Shown here piece after piece: positions 18,158-28,099 of a stretch of DNA of 54,097 bases (its first letter is position 1; each line of letters starts with the position of its first letter). Source of the DNA: a virus (Duplodnaviria; Caudoviricetes); the IMG/VR virus record IMGVR_UViG_3300049893_001211, positions 1-54,097 of that record; one strand, 5' to 3'. The position numbers and the translations under genes are program-made. The notes under the pieces are model-generated. The model did not search any database, was not told the DNA's origin, and worked only from the letters and a program-made list of their open reading frames with translations.

Positions 18158-18473
18158 AACACAAAACTTGCTATTGTGGCTTGGTGCTGTAACAGTTGCA
18201 GTGTTGTTGTCGTTTCTGAGTGCATTGGTTACACAGCTACCTGGACAAGCTCCTATAAACTGGCGAGAAATTGTCTTGGCTGTATGCAATACACTTATAT
18301 CAATTATTCCAGTTGTAGCAGCAGGTTTAGGTTTACCGAAACTTGGCTCCGAACAACCACAAACTAGAGTTGTACTCAAACCTACTTACAAAGGTGTAGA
18401 TTACAATAAACTAGCAGATGCTATACTAAAGAGGAAGCGTTTAGAAGATGCTAAACAGTCGATTCGCCAGTAA
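18138..18473 (+). CDS. Probable holin (2 TM, basic C-terminus)
   Basis: Two TMs separated by INW; GLP after TM2; KRKR tail. Confidence 0.55.
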   Translation: MLSPKNKTQNLLLWLGAVTVAVLLSFLSALVTQLPGQAPINWREIVLAVCNTLISIIPVVAAGLGLPKLGSEQPQTRVVLKPTYKGVDYNKLADAILKRKRLEDAKQSIRQ

Positions 18474-18837
18474 GATCGCTCGTGCAGTTAGTAGATTATT
18501 AGCACACAAATGTACTTTAGTACGTTTTGTTGATTCAGGCAACACAAACGAAAACGGACAACCTATATACACTGAATTGAAGATGATGAGTATATCGTGT
18601 CTATTAGTATGGCAGGATCGTTCTGTAACGGATGAGAGAGGTACATTTACAGAACGAACACCATTGGTTTACTTTTCTAGTTCACAAAGTATCAGTGTAG
18701 GAGATAGAGTCGAAACAGTGCTTACACCTAATAGAGTTATACTTCTAAAAGGTGCTGCTGTTCGAACTATAAATTCTACGGCTGAGGGTGGAAACGAGGC
18801 TATGAAACTTTGTGAACTAGAAGGTGCAGTTGTATGA
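18448..18837 (+). CDS. Head closure/stopper protein
   Basis: Beta-rich; N.NGQP, I.VGDRV motifs; position. Confidence 0.6.
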   Translation: MLNSRFASKIARAVSRLLAHKCTLVRFVDSGNTNENGQPIYTELKMMSISCLLVWQDRSVTDERGTFTERTPLVYFSSSQSISVGDRVETVLTPNRVILLKGAAVRTINSTAEGGNEAMKLCELEGAVV

Positions 18838-19007
18838 AGATATTTGAAATTCATGGTGAAGATATTAGATTATTTTGTTCGATATGTGACGATGAAATTG
18901 AAGTTAGTAATACAGAAGTTTCAGCCACTCTTATGGACATCCAAGAAGATGTATATACACTTGAAATATACTGTTTGAAGTGTGCGTTGTATCAACGGAG
19001 AAATTAG
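18834..19007 (+). CDS. 57-aa zinc-ribbon protein
   Basis: Manual translation with CSIC...CLKC; ATGA overlap; fills gap exactly. Confidence 0.55.
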   Translation: MKIFEIHGEDIRLFCSICDDEIEVSNTEVSATLMDIQEDVYTLEIYCLKCALYQRRN

Positions 19008-19009
19008 TT

Positions 19010-19444
19010 ATGGCCTTTAGAAAAGGTCGTGGACAATTTACTGCTCCAGTATCTAGGACTGGTCGTGGGTTCAATTATGCTGGACGTTCAGTTAGGATAT
19101 CTGGAGACAAATTTACTTTAACTTGGAATGGGCCACAAGTCATAGCAGAAGTCTTAAACGCACTTGTAGGCGCATTTAGTAATTTGAGTGATTCTGCACT
19201 TTCCTATATGCAGAGTATTGTGCCTGTAGATACAAGTGAACTTCAAGACAGTTGTTTTGTACAAGTATTTGTTGTAGGAGAACGTATACGAATAGCAATT
19301 GGAGCAGGTGCTCGACATGCTATATTCGTAGAGCTAGGTACATCTAAAACAGCAGCACAACCGTTTATTAGACCAACGTATGACTTTGTGGTACGTTCGT
19401 TACCTCAGATAATACGTGCAGAGGTAAAACGACGTGGCAGATGA
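19010..19444 (+). CDS. HK97 gp10-like tail completion/neck protein
   Basis: VPVDT.EL..S, AIFVELGTSK..AQPFIRP; ATG 19010 with GGAG SD. Confidence 0.8.
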   Translation: MAFRKGRGQFTAPVSRTGRGFNYAGRSVRISGDKFTLTWNGPQVIAEVLNALVGAFSNLSDSALSYMQSIVPVDTSELQDSCFVQVFVVGERIRIAIGAGARHAIFVELGTSKTAAQPFIRPTYDFVVRSLPQIIRAEVKRRGR

Positions 19445-19898
19445 AATTGCTAATTATGGAGTTGCAATACGAACATTTCTAAGAGAAAGCTCGGTACTTG
19501 CAAGTGCTCCCTATTTAGGTTCAAACACAAAAATATATGTAGGGTTTCCTACAGATAAAAACAACCAATTGACGGTGCCACCATTTAGTAACATGGTTGT
19601 AATATTACCAAGTCGAGGCGGTCCAGGTGATGTTGGTTTAGGACAACAAGAATCGAGAATAGATATTCGTTGTTATGGTTCAGATGAAATTCAGAGTAAA
19701 AAGATTTGGCGTGCTCTAGACTATTATCTTTATCCATTAGACACTCGACGCGCTACTGCGTTTACACGAAACAACTGTCAAATAAACTGGATCATTAGAG
19801 AAAGTGCAGAATGGACTCTAACTGATTCAGATGCTGCAAACTGGCCTTTTACAATGGCAGCGTACATTGTAAATTACAATGGACAGGTACGAGAGTAA
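19434..19898 (+). CDS. Tail terminator
   Basis: Position and RIDIRCYG pattern. Confidence 0.6.
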   Translation: MADEIANYGVAIRTFLRESSVLASAPYLGSNTKIYVGFPTDKNNQLTVPPFSNMVVILPSRGGPGDVGLGQQESRIDIRCYGSDEIQSKKIWRALDYYLYPLDTRRATAFTRNNCQINWIIRESAEWTLTDSDAANWPFTMAAYIVNYNGQVRE

Positions 19899-19901
19899 CG
19901 T

Positions 19902-20528
19902 ATGTTTAAAAACAGGCGAACACATCCAGATGAAAGTGAACGTGTTTGGACCGCTAGAGACGATAACAATGATCCACGATTGACAACTTCATGGTTTCAG
20001 CCATCGAATGATACAATCCAAGAACAAGAGAAATTACTTGCAAGTACATACTTCTTAGTTAGACAGGGGGGTGAATTCGGAGAGCGACTTAGATGTGTAC
20101 GTTGTGGTGGACGACATGATTATATTACATTGATGTGTGTAGAAAAACCAATAACAGGCTTAGCTAATGGACTTTACGCATACTATCGAGCATTGAAGGA
20201 AGCGGTTAGAGAAGCTGACTTGACTCCTCAAGATGCTGTACGTCTACAAGAAATTACAGTGGTTCTCCGACAAATGCCTGATCTGAGCAAAGTACATCCA
20301 CAAATGGCTCGTCAAGTTGTAAAAGATATTGGCCCTTCTGATATGCAAATTGGTGCAGTAAGTTTAGGTGTGTTAGAGGGAATTTCTCCGACACAAGCCA
20401 GACGGCTTGTAGACAAGATTAATGAAAGGGGGATTCGTCCACCGTACAGTTTGAATCCAGTGACTCAAGCAGAAGTTGATCGTGCGTTAGAGTATAAAGG
20501 GTTACAGTTTACCCGTAGTCGTTGGTAA
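19902..20528 (+). CDS. Hypothetical protein with CxxC-H-C motif
   Basis: CVRCGGRHDYITLMC; between terminator and tail tube genes. Confidence 0.6.
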   Translation: MFKNRRTHPDESERVWTARDDNNDPRLTTSWFQPSNDTIQEQEKLLASTYFLVRQGGEFGERLRCVRCGGRHDYITLMCVEKPITGLANGLYAYYRALKEAVREADLTPQDAVRLQEITVVLRQMPDLSKVHPQMARQVVKDIGPSDMQIGAVSLGVLEGISPTQARRLVDKINERGIRPPYSLNPVTQAEVDRALEYKGLQFTRSRW

Positions 20529-20546
20529 AGGTAGGACAAAAGAAAA

Positions 20547-21158
20547 ATGCCAGTACTTAACTCCGCAAAGGTTCTTGCTAGTCGCGACATTATCTTTTAT
20601 TACAAGTCTTACAACTCAACGAATCGTGTACCTGCTACCACTGTTGCGTGGGGTACTGCATGGGGTACTCCAGCAGGACAGACTGGTGCATGGGTTGACG
20701 GCGGTTATACCCAAGGTGGTTTAGGTTTCAACGCAGAAATTACCCGTACTGATATTCGTATGGACCAGTCGCTTGACCCAATTCTGCGTCCTGCTACTGG
20801 TCGTACTGTAAACATGACGGCAAACCTCGGTGAATTCAACCTTGCTACGTTAGCAACTGCTACGGGACAGGGTACTACCGATGTATACACACCTGCTACT
20901 CCGACTCCTGGTTATGATCGATGGCAGATGGGTTTGTCAGTAGCAGACAACTTCTATAGTGTAGCGTTTGATATTCGCCATCCTGGTGATAGTCTTCCTG
21001 TTTGGGTTGCTGGATGGTATGTGCAGCCTACTGGTGCACAGGCTTGGAACTTCGGTCCCGAGGCTGCTGCTGTAACTCCATTCAATGTTACGGCATTCCC
21101 TGATCCCTCAAACAGCAACCGTGTTTGCACGATCTATGATCTCTTCGCTAACCCGTAA
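20547..21158 (+). CDS. Major tail (tube) protein
   Basis: GYTQGGL.F......DI..DQ..DP; position before chaperones and TMP. Confidence 0.75.
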   Translation: MPVLNSAKVLASRDIIFYYKSYNSTNRVPATTVAWGTAWGTPAGQTGAWVDGGYTQGGLGFNAEITRTDIRMDQSLDPILRPATGRTVNMTANLGEFNLATLATATGQGTTDVYTPATPTPGYDRWQMGLSVADNFYSVAFDIRHPGDSLPVWVAGWYVQPTGAQAWNFGPEAAAVTPFNVTAFPDPSNSNRVCTIYDLFANP

Positions 21159-21209
21159 TAGTTAGGTTAGTAGCTTGTAGCTTGTAGCTTATAGGCTGTA
21201 GGTAATTAG
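21159..21209 (+). repeat. TAG-rich short tandem repeat (TAGCTTG-like heptamers)
   Basis: Nine TAG triplets, five at exact 7-nt spacing. Confidence 0.7.
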
Positions 21210-21210
21210 T

Positions 21211-21249
21211 ATACGGTGCGATTCAGGACGAGTCGCACCGTATTGTATT
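21211..21249 (+). terminator. Hairpin, probable partial terminator/attenuator after tail tube gene
   Basis: 14-bp stem ATACGGTGCGATTC/GAGTCGCACCGTAT (one G-U), loop AGGAC, weak T-rich tail. Confidence 0.55.
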
Positions 21250-21280
21250 CGCTAGAGCAGGACGCTCGTTCGGAGTGAAG

Positions 21281-21781
21281 ATGGACACCTTTTCGGCTGT
21301 ACCGTCGATTCAACGATTTCCCATTACGGTTATTGACTTTGAAAAACTTGAAGAATTCTATGCGTCTGAGGATTTAGACGCTAAGATTCCAACTGTTACC
21401 AAGATTTTTGTTGGTTATGAGAAGGGCTCAGGATTACCTGTACCAGTACAGATTGAAGTAGATCGTATCGAACAGGAATACCTCGAAAACTTGCCAACAG
21501 AAGAAGAACAGAAGCAAATTGCTGATGGTTCTGGTTCTGTAGGGGAATATCTCAACAAATGGCGCCGAGTAAATATGTTACTCCGGCGTAATTTGCTTTT
21601 AGCTGTAATTCGGGGACTAGATACCGAATCTGCTAACTTGCTTGCCCAAGAAGGTGCTCAAGGACGTGAAATTTTAGTTCGGCTAGGTTTCATTGTGCAA
21701 TCTGCCGACGAAGAAAAGTTAGAAGAATCAACCACTGGCACGGAGAATAAGAAAGAGGGGGAAGGCGAAACTGGGGAATAG
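21281..21781 (+). CDS. Tail assembly chaperone (gpG-like)
   Basis: Between tail tube and TMP; GGAG SD before ATG 21281; slippery site near end. Confidence 0.7.
   Translation: MDTFSAVPSIQRFPITVIDFEKLEEFYASEDLDAKIPTVTKIFVGYEKGSGLPVPVQIEVDRIEQEYLENLPTEEEQKQIADGSGSVGEYLNKWRRVNMLLRRNLLLAVIRGLDTESANLLAQEGAQGREILVRLGFIVQSADEEKLEESTTGTENKKEGEGETGE
21757..21763 (+). other. Programmed -1 frameshift site G GGG GAA
   Basis: In-frame GGGGGAA; -1 frame open from 21751 to 22125. Confidence 0.7.
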
Positions 21782-22125
21782 ATATTGTTGATCTATCTGC
21801 TATATATCCTGGTGTGAACTTCTTATCTTACGATATGACAGTTAGTATGTTAGATATGTATTTACTTAGATTGCCTTTACATCGAAGCGAGCGTATGATG
21901 GACATGGCACAAGCATCGTTATATGGACAACTTACAAGTGATTCACGTCAAAAGATGTGGAATAATTGGAGTGACGTAATACACAGAATTAATGCATATA
22001 TGATCCATCATTACGCTATCTTAGAAGAGCGAAATCCAATTAGTTGGAATGGACAAGTAATGTCCATTAAGGGGTTGATAAGAAAATTTGCTGAACACTT
22101 CGGCGGAGGCTCTGTAGTACGATGA
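21760..22125 (+). CDS. Tail assembly chaperone frameshift extension (gpT-like)
   Basis: -1 frame relative to upstream gene, reads GRRNWGIDIVDLSAIYPGVNFLSY...; no clear SD at GTG 21814. Confidence 0.65.
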   Translation, partial: GRRNWGIDIVDLSAIYPGVNFLSYDMTVSMLDMYLLRLPLHRSERMMDMAQASLYGQLTSDSRQKMWNNWSDVIHRINAYMIHHYAILEERNPISWNGQVMSIKGLIRKFAEHFGGGSVVR

Positions 22126-25100
22126 CATTTGAGCTAGGTAGAGCACAGTTCATACTTGATGCTGATGGTACAGAGGCTTTAGCTTCACAGGCAAAAGTAT
22201 ATAATGAAGTAACCAAAAATGCTCAAAAGCTAACTAAAGAATTAGCAAAAGAACTCAAGGTAAGACAAAGCGATATCAAAAACGCGGCTTCTGTTATCAT
22301 TGCTGAAGAAAAGAAACTTGCAACTGAACAAGCAAAGATACTAAAAGAACGTGCTGCACTTGAAGCTAAAGCTACCAAAGAGCGTTTAGACAGACTCAAG
22401 CAAGATGTAGCAAACGAAGTACGTGCATATAAAGCCCAAGAACAAGAAACAAAGCGTCGTATTGAGTATGTAAAAACTCTAGATAAACAACGCGACGACG
22501 CTGCCAAAAAAGAAATAACTCGTATACAACAGCAATTAAATGCAGAAAAGAAAGCACAAGACGAACGCGAACGAATAGCTAGAAGAAATACACGAAGTGG
22601 AAGTGGACGTGATGCTACAGGTGGTAATGCTTTAGGTGTATTACGTGGTGTACCTGGAGACATTGCTACCATTGCTGGTTTTGGGGCTATTGCTTCTGGT
22701 GCTATTCTTATTCGCCAGGCGTTAATTACACTCATTGATGCTACTCGACAACAGGAACAGGCACAACGTGCACTCAACGCAGCGTTCGGTGCAAGTACAC
22801 CTATATTCAAACAAAATGCAGAGGATTTAGCAAAACAATTCAACCTTGTAAGCTCTGAAGTTGCACAGGCTACTGCTAGATTTGGAGTTCTCCAGAATCA
22901 GACCCAGCTTACAGGCGAACAAATCAAAAAACTAAATGAAGTTGCAATCAATAACCAAGCTGCATTTGGCGGAGATTTACTAGAAGCACATCGAGCACTT
23001 GCAGGTGCTATTCTAGGTGAGACTGAAGCATACGAAAAGTATGGTGTTGTTCTTCAAGAAGGGGTATTAAAAAGCTCTTCAAAACTGACTGAAGACGAGC
23101 GACGTAGATTCACCACAATGAGTGAATCTGAAAAGCAGATGATTCGCTATAGAATTATTCTCGAAGAAGCTGTAAAGGTTCAAGGGGCAGCAGCACAAAA
23201 AGCTAAAGAAACTCAAGGAGCTTTTGATCTTCTAAATAGAAGTGTAAATGAGTTAGCTAAGACAGTTGGACCTGACCTAGTAGGAATATTAGCTGCAAGT
23301 TCACGTGAACTTGGTGGAGTAATTGGACAACTCAATAATTTTGTCATAGCTATAAAAGCTATTCGTGATGCACAAAACGAATTAGGTGGCTTTGAAACCA
23401 AGGACATCTTTAATACTAACTTCATTGGAAATCTTGGTATTCGAGCAGGAGCGTTTATAGCAAATCAACAAAAGGTCGAAGAAGAAATTGCACGTAAACG
23501 TGACATTGATCGACGGTTAGAAGAACAGAAACAGGCAACTGCACGTGCAGAACAATTAGAAAAAGATGCTGAAAAAGCTAGAATTGCTCGACGTGATAGA
23601 GAAGAAGCTGAACTAAAAGTACAGCGTGAACGTATTGAAGCTGGACTACGTTATGCTCATGACCAAGAAATAAAGCGTATCAATGATCGTAAGAAGGAAT
23701 TAGAAGCCCAACAAGAATTTGAACTACGTGCGTTAGATGCTCGAAGAGACGCAGAACTACGTCGTCTCAAAGACGTAGATGATGCGCGACGACAAGCTTA
23801 TGAAGATGAACGAGATAGAATAACTGCTGAACGTGATGAAGCTATAAAAGCTATTGAGGAACGAAAGCGAGCTGAATTAGCTGCCCTTGACGCTGCTGAG
23901 AATGCACTTGAAGCGGTTGCTGAAGAACAAATACGTAACCTCGAAATAGATCAAGAACGTCGTCAGCGTGCAAATGACGCACAACGACGACAAGATTTAC
24001 AACAATTAGAACGTGAACAGGAAGAACGTAAAAGACAGCGAATTATCGAAGATCGTGAGATAAAGAAACGTCTTGAAGATCAAGACCGTCAACTAGAAGA
24101 CAATCATCGTAAGCAGTTACGTCGTATTGAACTTGAAGGCGAAAAGCTTCGACAGAAGGCTGAAGGCGAAAAAGATCGTATTGAAGAACGAGAACGAAAG
24201 GAAGCTAATCGACATCGTAAAGAGCTAGATCGAATTGATGATGAAAAAGACCAAGCAATTGAAGCTATTGACGAACAACTTAAAGCATTTGAACGTGCAC
24301 AACGAGCACGACAGAATGCTCGACAAAGAGCGGAACAACAAGAGCGCGTTACTGAAGCACAATTAGATGTACGTCGAGCTACTGGTTCTCAGGATGCTGC
24401 TGCACGTGAAGCTGCACAAGCTAAACTTGTTGGTGCATTACGAATCGGTGACCCTACTGCTATCAAGAAAGCCCAAGATGAATTAATTGAGATTGTTGGT
24501 CAAGGTAACCTCGCTATTGAGGAAGCAAACAAGAAACTCAATAAAGCGCAAGAAGATTTACGTGACCATGATATCGATGCTGCGGAGGATGCACAACGAG
24601 AAAAGCTTGAACTCGAAAAGGATCGTATTGATAAAGAGCGGGAAGCAGAACGTCGGCAAGAAGAAGATCGAAATAGACGACGTGTTGACAGACTACGTAA
24701 AGATAAAGATGCTGAAGACGATAGATTACAGGATGCTCTACGCAAGCTAGAACGACGGCAAGAAAAAGAAGACGACGAGTTTCGTAAGGCTAAGCGTCGT
24801 CAAGATGATCTTACAAAGAACCAACGAGAACAATTAGAAGATCGGCGTCAAAATGAGGATGAAGCTCACGAGCGTTCAGTAGAAAAAGCAGAAGAACGCC
24901 ATCGTGCAGAACAAGAACTTATCAAAGACACGTTCACAAGCGAGGAACGTGGATACATTCCTGCCGTCCGTCGTGCACTTCGAGCAACAAAAGATACTTA
25001 TGGTGCACAGAAGACTGAAATCGAAAACAGGTATCGTGGTGAACGTGACCAAATAGAGGAAACGTATAATCACCCGACTAAGGGTATATTTGTACAACTA

Positions 25101-26429
25101 GAACGTCAAGAAACTGAAAATAGACTAGCTCACGAGCGAATGGTTGAGGATGTAAGAAAAAACGCTGAAAAGCAACGTAAAGCTGTACAAGACTCGTATC
25201 GACATCCTGATGGTAAGTCTGGTATGATTGATCAACTAGATACTTTGAAGGAAGAAACAGATCAAAAGTTAAAGGACATCTTACTCGCATTCGATCAACA
25301 TGCAAAAGGTCTTACTGCTCCTGGTGGGATTATTCAAGTACAATGGGCTGTTGCAGAACATCAGGCGAAACAATATTTTGACTATGTAAAGAATCGAATG
25401 GAAGCTCTCGAAAAAGAGTTAGAGGCAGACCGACGTAGACGACAACAAATTCTCGACTCAGATGCACCTAGCAATCGTCCACAACAAATTCATTCAGGAA
25501 ATCGTGATGGTGGTGGTATGGGGACACAACCAATCCCACCAGCAACACGAAACTCTACTGGTAGTGCTGATCCAGAATCAACAGGTACCTCTCCTGTTGA
25601 CCCTGATACAATAGATGACGAATTTAGTACGTCGTTTGGCTATCTACAACCTTACAACGGCCGATACGAACCACGTCCAGGTTGGGAGGGACGGGCTGCA
25701 TGGCCTGGTGGTCCTTCACATCATAAGGGTGTAGACTTAATTCTCCCAGGACCGAACAATGGTCGCGGCAGACCTATTCCCGCGTTTCATGGTGGAAGAG
25801 TATTACGAACTGTTGCAGACAGTCGTGGTCCTGGTGGATTAATGGTCGTTATTGAAGATAATGTTGGGCGTACACATTGGTACTTACATCTTGATGGATA
25901 TTCTGTTGCAGCAGGAGATACTGTAAAGCGTGGGGATATTATTGGTAGGTTAGGTGGTACTGGTACAGAGGAATTTCCACATCTACATTATGAAGTTCGT
26001 GCGGGAGATAATGATGGACCAGCGACACTAGAAGCACTACGGCGTAATGGCATTGATCCTATGCCATTTGTTCGTGGACGAGATGCAGGTTATCGGTTTA
26101 CTAATCCTACAGTCTATCAGGACTTGCGCACTGGCGAACGTGGTGTATTGGCAGAACAAGGTCCAGAATTATTGTTAGGTAGGCAAGCTACACAACAGTT
26201 TGAAAGTATGGGTTTGACTCGTGCTTTGAATCGACCCGCTACTATGACACCTGACTATGTAGCTATCGGTGCTTCGATGGCACAACAACCGACAGTGATG
26301 TACAACAATACACGTGGGGGTGACAACTTTACCTACTATGGTGTTGCTCCTGAAAGTGTTATCGAACGTTGGCGCAGTGACCAGCGACGTAGAAATGTAC
26401 TTCGTGGTATCGGAGGCTTAGTTAAGTAA
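22122..26429 (+). CDS. Tape measure protein with C-terminal M23 peptidase
   Basis: 1435 aa, long coiled coil; HKGVD, YLHL, PHLHYEVR, IDPMPF M23 motifs. Confidence 0.88.
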   Translation: MTFELGRAQFILDADGTEALASQAKVYNEVTKNAQKLTKELAKELKVRQSDIKNAASVIIAEEKKLATEQAKILKERAALEAKATKERLDRLKQDVANEVRAYKAQEQETKRRIEYVKTLDKQRDDAAKKEITRIQQQLNAEKKAQDERERIARRNTRSGSGRDATGGNALGVLRGVPGDIATIAGFGAIASGAILIRQALITLIDATRQQEQAQRALNAAFGASTPIFKQNAEDLAKQFNLVSSEVAQATARFGVLQNQTQLTGEQIKKLNEVAINNQAAFGGDLLEAHRALAGAILGETEAYEKYGVVLQEGVLKSSSKLTEDERRRFTTMSESEKQMIRYRIILEEAVKVQGAAAQKAKETQGAFDLLNRSVNELAKTVGPDLVGILAASSRELGGVIGQLNNFVIAIKAIRDAQNELGGFETKDIFNTNFIGNLGIRAGAFIANQQKVEEEIARKRDIDRRLEEQKQATARAEQLEKDAEKARIARRDREEAELKVQRERIEAGLRYAHDQEIKRINDRKKELEAQQEFELRALDARRDAELRRLKDVDDARRQAYEDERDRITAERDEAIKAIEERKRAELAALDAAENALEAVAEEQIRNLEIDQERRQRANDAQRRQDLQQLEREQEERKRQRIIEDREIKKRLEDQDRQLEDNHRKQLRRIELEGEKLRQKAEGEKDRIEERERKEANRHRKELDRIDDEKDQAIEAIDEQLKAFERAQRARQNARQRAEQQERVTEAQLDVRRATGSQDAAAREAAQAKLVGALRIGDPTAIKKAQDELIEIVGQGNLAIEEANKKLNKAQEDLRDHDIDAAEDAQREKLELEKDRIDKEREAERRQEEDRNRRRVDRLRKDKDAEDDRLQDALRKLERRQEKEDDEFRKAKRRQDDLTKNQREQLEDRRQNEDEAHERSVEKAEERHRAEQELIKDTFTSEERGYIPAVRRALRATKDTYGAQKTEIENRYRGERDQIEETYNHPTKGIFVQLERQETENRLAHERMVEDVRKNAEKQRKAVQDSYRHPDGKSGMIDQLDTLKEETDQKLKDILLAFDQHAKGLTAPGGIIQVQWAVAEHQAKQYFDYVKNRMEALEKELEADRRRRQQILDSDAPSNRPQQIHSGNRDGGGMGTQPIPPATRNSTGSADPESTGTSPVDPDTIDDEFSTSFGYLQPYNGRYEPRPGWEGRAAWPGGPSHHKGVDLILPGPNNGRGRPIPAFHGGRVLRTVADSRGPGGLMVVIEDNVGRTHWYLHLDGYSVAAGDTVKRGDIIGRLGGTGTEEFPHLHYEVRAGDNDGPATLEALRRNGIDPMPFVRGRDAGYRFTNPTVYQDLRTGERGVLAEQGPELLLGRQATQQFESMGLTRALNRPATMTPDYVAIGASMAQQPTVMYNNTRGGDNFTYYGVAPESVIERWRSDQRRRNVLRGIGGLVK

Positions 26430-28084
26430 TGGCTAGAGCTAGATATTATGATGTAACTCAGTTTCCCGATCCAGGTACAGGACTTATACATAAAGTCAAT
26501 ACTGTACAGATTACGGTTTATGAGCAGGGTACTACTACCCTGCTCGCTGAATCTATCTATCAAGCTGATACAGGTGGTGCTACGTATCCAAACCCACGTA
26601 CTATTACAAATGGTGAACTAGAATTCTATCTTGACTCTGTTGGCGGTAAGCGAGTATCTATCAAGTTTGATGCAACAGGTTCAGGCTATGGTGTTGTTAC
26701 AAAGAATATGGAGCCTGTTTGGCCTGACCCTGCATCACTCGGAACAACAATAAAATCGCCTAACGGTACATATGTTGCATCTTATGATAACAACGGTATC
26801 CTTACTGCTCCAGGACTCTTACATAAACGTGGTTCGTGGGATTTAGAAGTAGATGGTGGACTTACACCAGGACAAAACGTAGCATTTGCGGTTACCAACG
26901 CAACTAAGTTTCAACAGTTATTGACTAGAGTAAAAGATGCTGGTGGCGGTGATATAGAAGTAAACAATCTATTTGTAACAAACCCTATTCATATGAATCA
27001 TGGTGCTGGTGGTGCGTTACCTATCAATCTTGTTGGACGTGTAGGTCGTGGGGTTATTCATTTTAACGGTGCATCAGGTCCGTTTCTGACAATAGGTAGC
27101 ACTGCAAGCGACCGTATGGATCGTGTTGGTATATACGATGTCAGTTTTCAACATCAGAGTATCGTAACAGGTGGAGCTACAATACAATTAGGTGCACATT
27201 TATATGGATTTGAACTTGTAAACGTTGAAATTATCAATCGTGGTGCGGGCGAAGCTGCACTTATTGGTGTTACAGCAGCAGTAGCACAAGATTTGATATT
27301 TGATCGTGTACGAATACACACACGAAACGACTATCAGCCACTTGTTGATGCTGGTTTAGTACCTATTGCTGTAGAACTCAACAACAGTAACACATTAGGT
27401 GGAGTATATTTCCGACAAACCGAGTTAAGTTGTGTTCAGAAAGGCGCAAACCCGAGTCCACGGGGAATTCTGTTACGGCTCAACAATACAGGTACGGTTG
27501 ACACAATTGTTGTGGGTGACGGTTGTCACTTTATTGGTGCAGAAGATGGTGTATTAAAAAACGGTGGTGTAGGTTCAGTTACAAACGTATTATTTGGAAA
27601 TTGTTATATTACTGACTGCAATCAAAATGTACGGCTAGAACCACCGACAGGCGCTAATACCGTAAACTGGAATTTTACGGGTGGATGGTACGCAGCGTTG
27701 AAATATAATTTCTTGATTTCTAAAGGCAACGGTGGATCCCCACAAGGAAAAATCTTTACTGGTATTTACTGTACCGATGCTACATTAGGTGGTATAGTAA
27801 TTGGTGCAGGAGTTAATGACGTAAACATAGCAAATAGCCGTATACTCACTCAGGTTGCTAGCGGTTCAGGTGTTGTAATTGGAGACAATACAACACCATC
27901 TAACGGACTTACGTTTACAGGTGGTGTTGTAGGTGTATTAGGAACTGCATCGAACTCGTATAATATTGGCTCGGCTGTAGACAACGTAACTGTAGCACAT
28001 GTACGTCAACAAGGTAAAGCTGGTTTGTTTAATGGCGGTGCGTCTGCATCACGTATTCATGTTCCTGGTTCATTCTTAGCTTAG
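26429..28084 (+). CDS. Tailspike-like beta-helix protein (putative depolymerase/receptor binding)
   Basis: N-terminal YPNP...GELEFY anchor domain; N...FQ......GGG start and Gly/Asn/Val/Ile beta-helix pattern. Confidence 0.65.
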   Translation: MARARYYDVTQFPDPGTGLIHKVNTVQITVYEQGTTTLLAESIYQADTGGATYPNPRTITNGELEFYLDSVGGKRVSIKFDATGSGYGVVTKNMEPVWPDPASLGTTIKSPNGTYVASYDNNGILTAPGLLHKRGSWDLEVDGGLTPGQNVAFAVTNATKFQQLLTRVKDAGGGDIEVNNLFVTNPIHMNHGAGGALPINLVGRVGRGVIHFNGASGPFLTIGSTASDRMDRVGIYDVSFQHQSIVTGGATIQLGAHLYGFELVNVEIINRGAGEAALIGVTAAVAQDLIFDRVRIHTRNDYQPLVDAGLVPIAVELNNSNTLGGVYFRQTELSCVQKGANPSPRGILLRLNNTGTVDTIVVGDGCHFIGAEDGVLKNGGVGSVTNVLFGNCYITDCNQNVRLEPPTGANTVNWNFTGGWYAALKYNFLISKGNGGSPQGKIFTGIYCTDATLGGIVIGAGVNDVNIANSRILTQVASGSGVVIGDNTTPSNGLTFTGGVVGVLGTASNSYNIGSAVDNVTVAHVRQQGKAGLFNGGASASRIHVPGSFLA

Positions 28085-28099
28085 TATAAGGAATGATAC

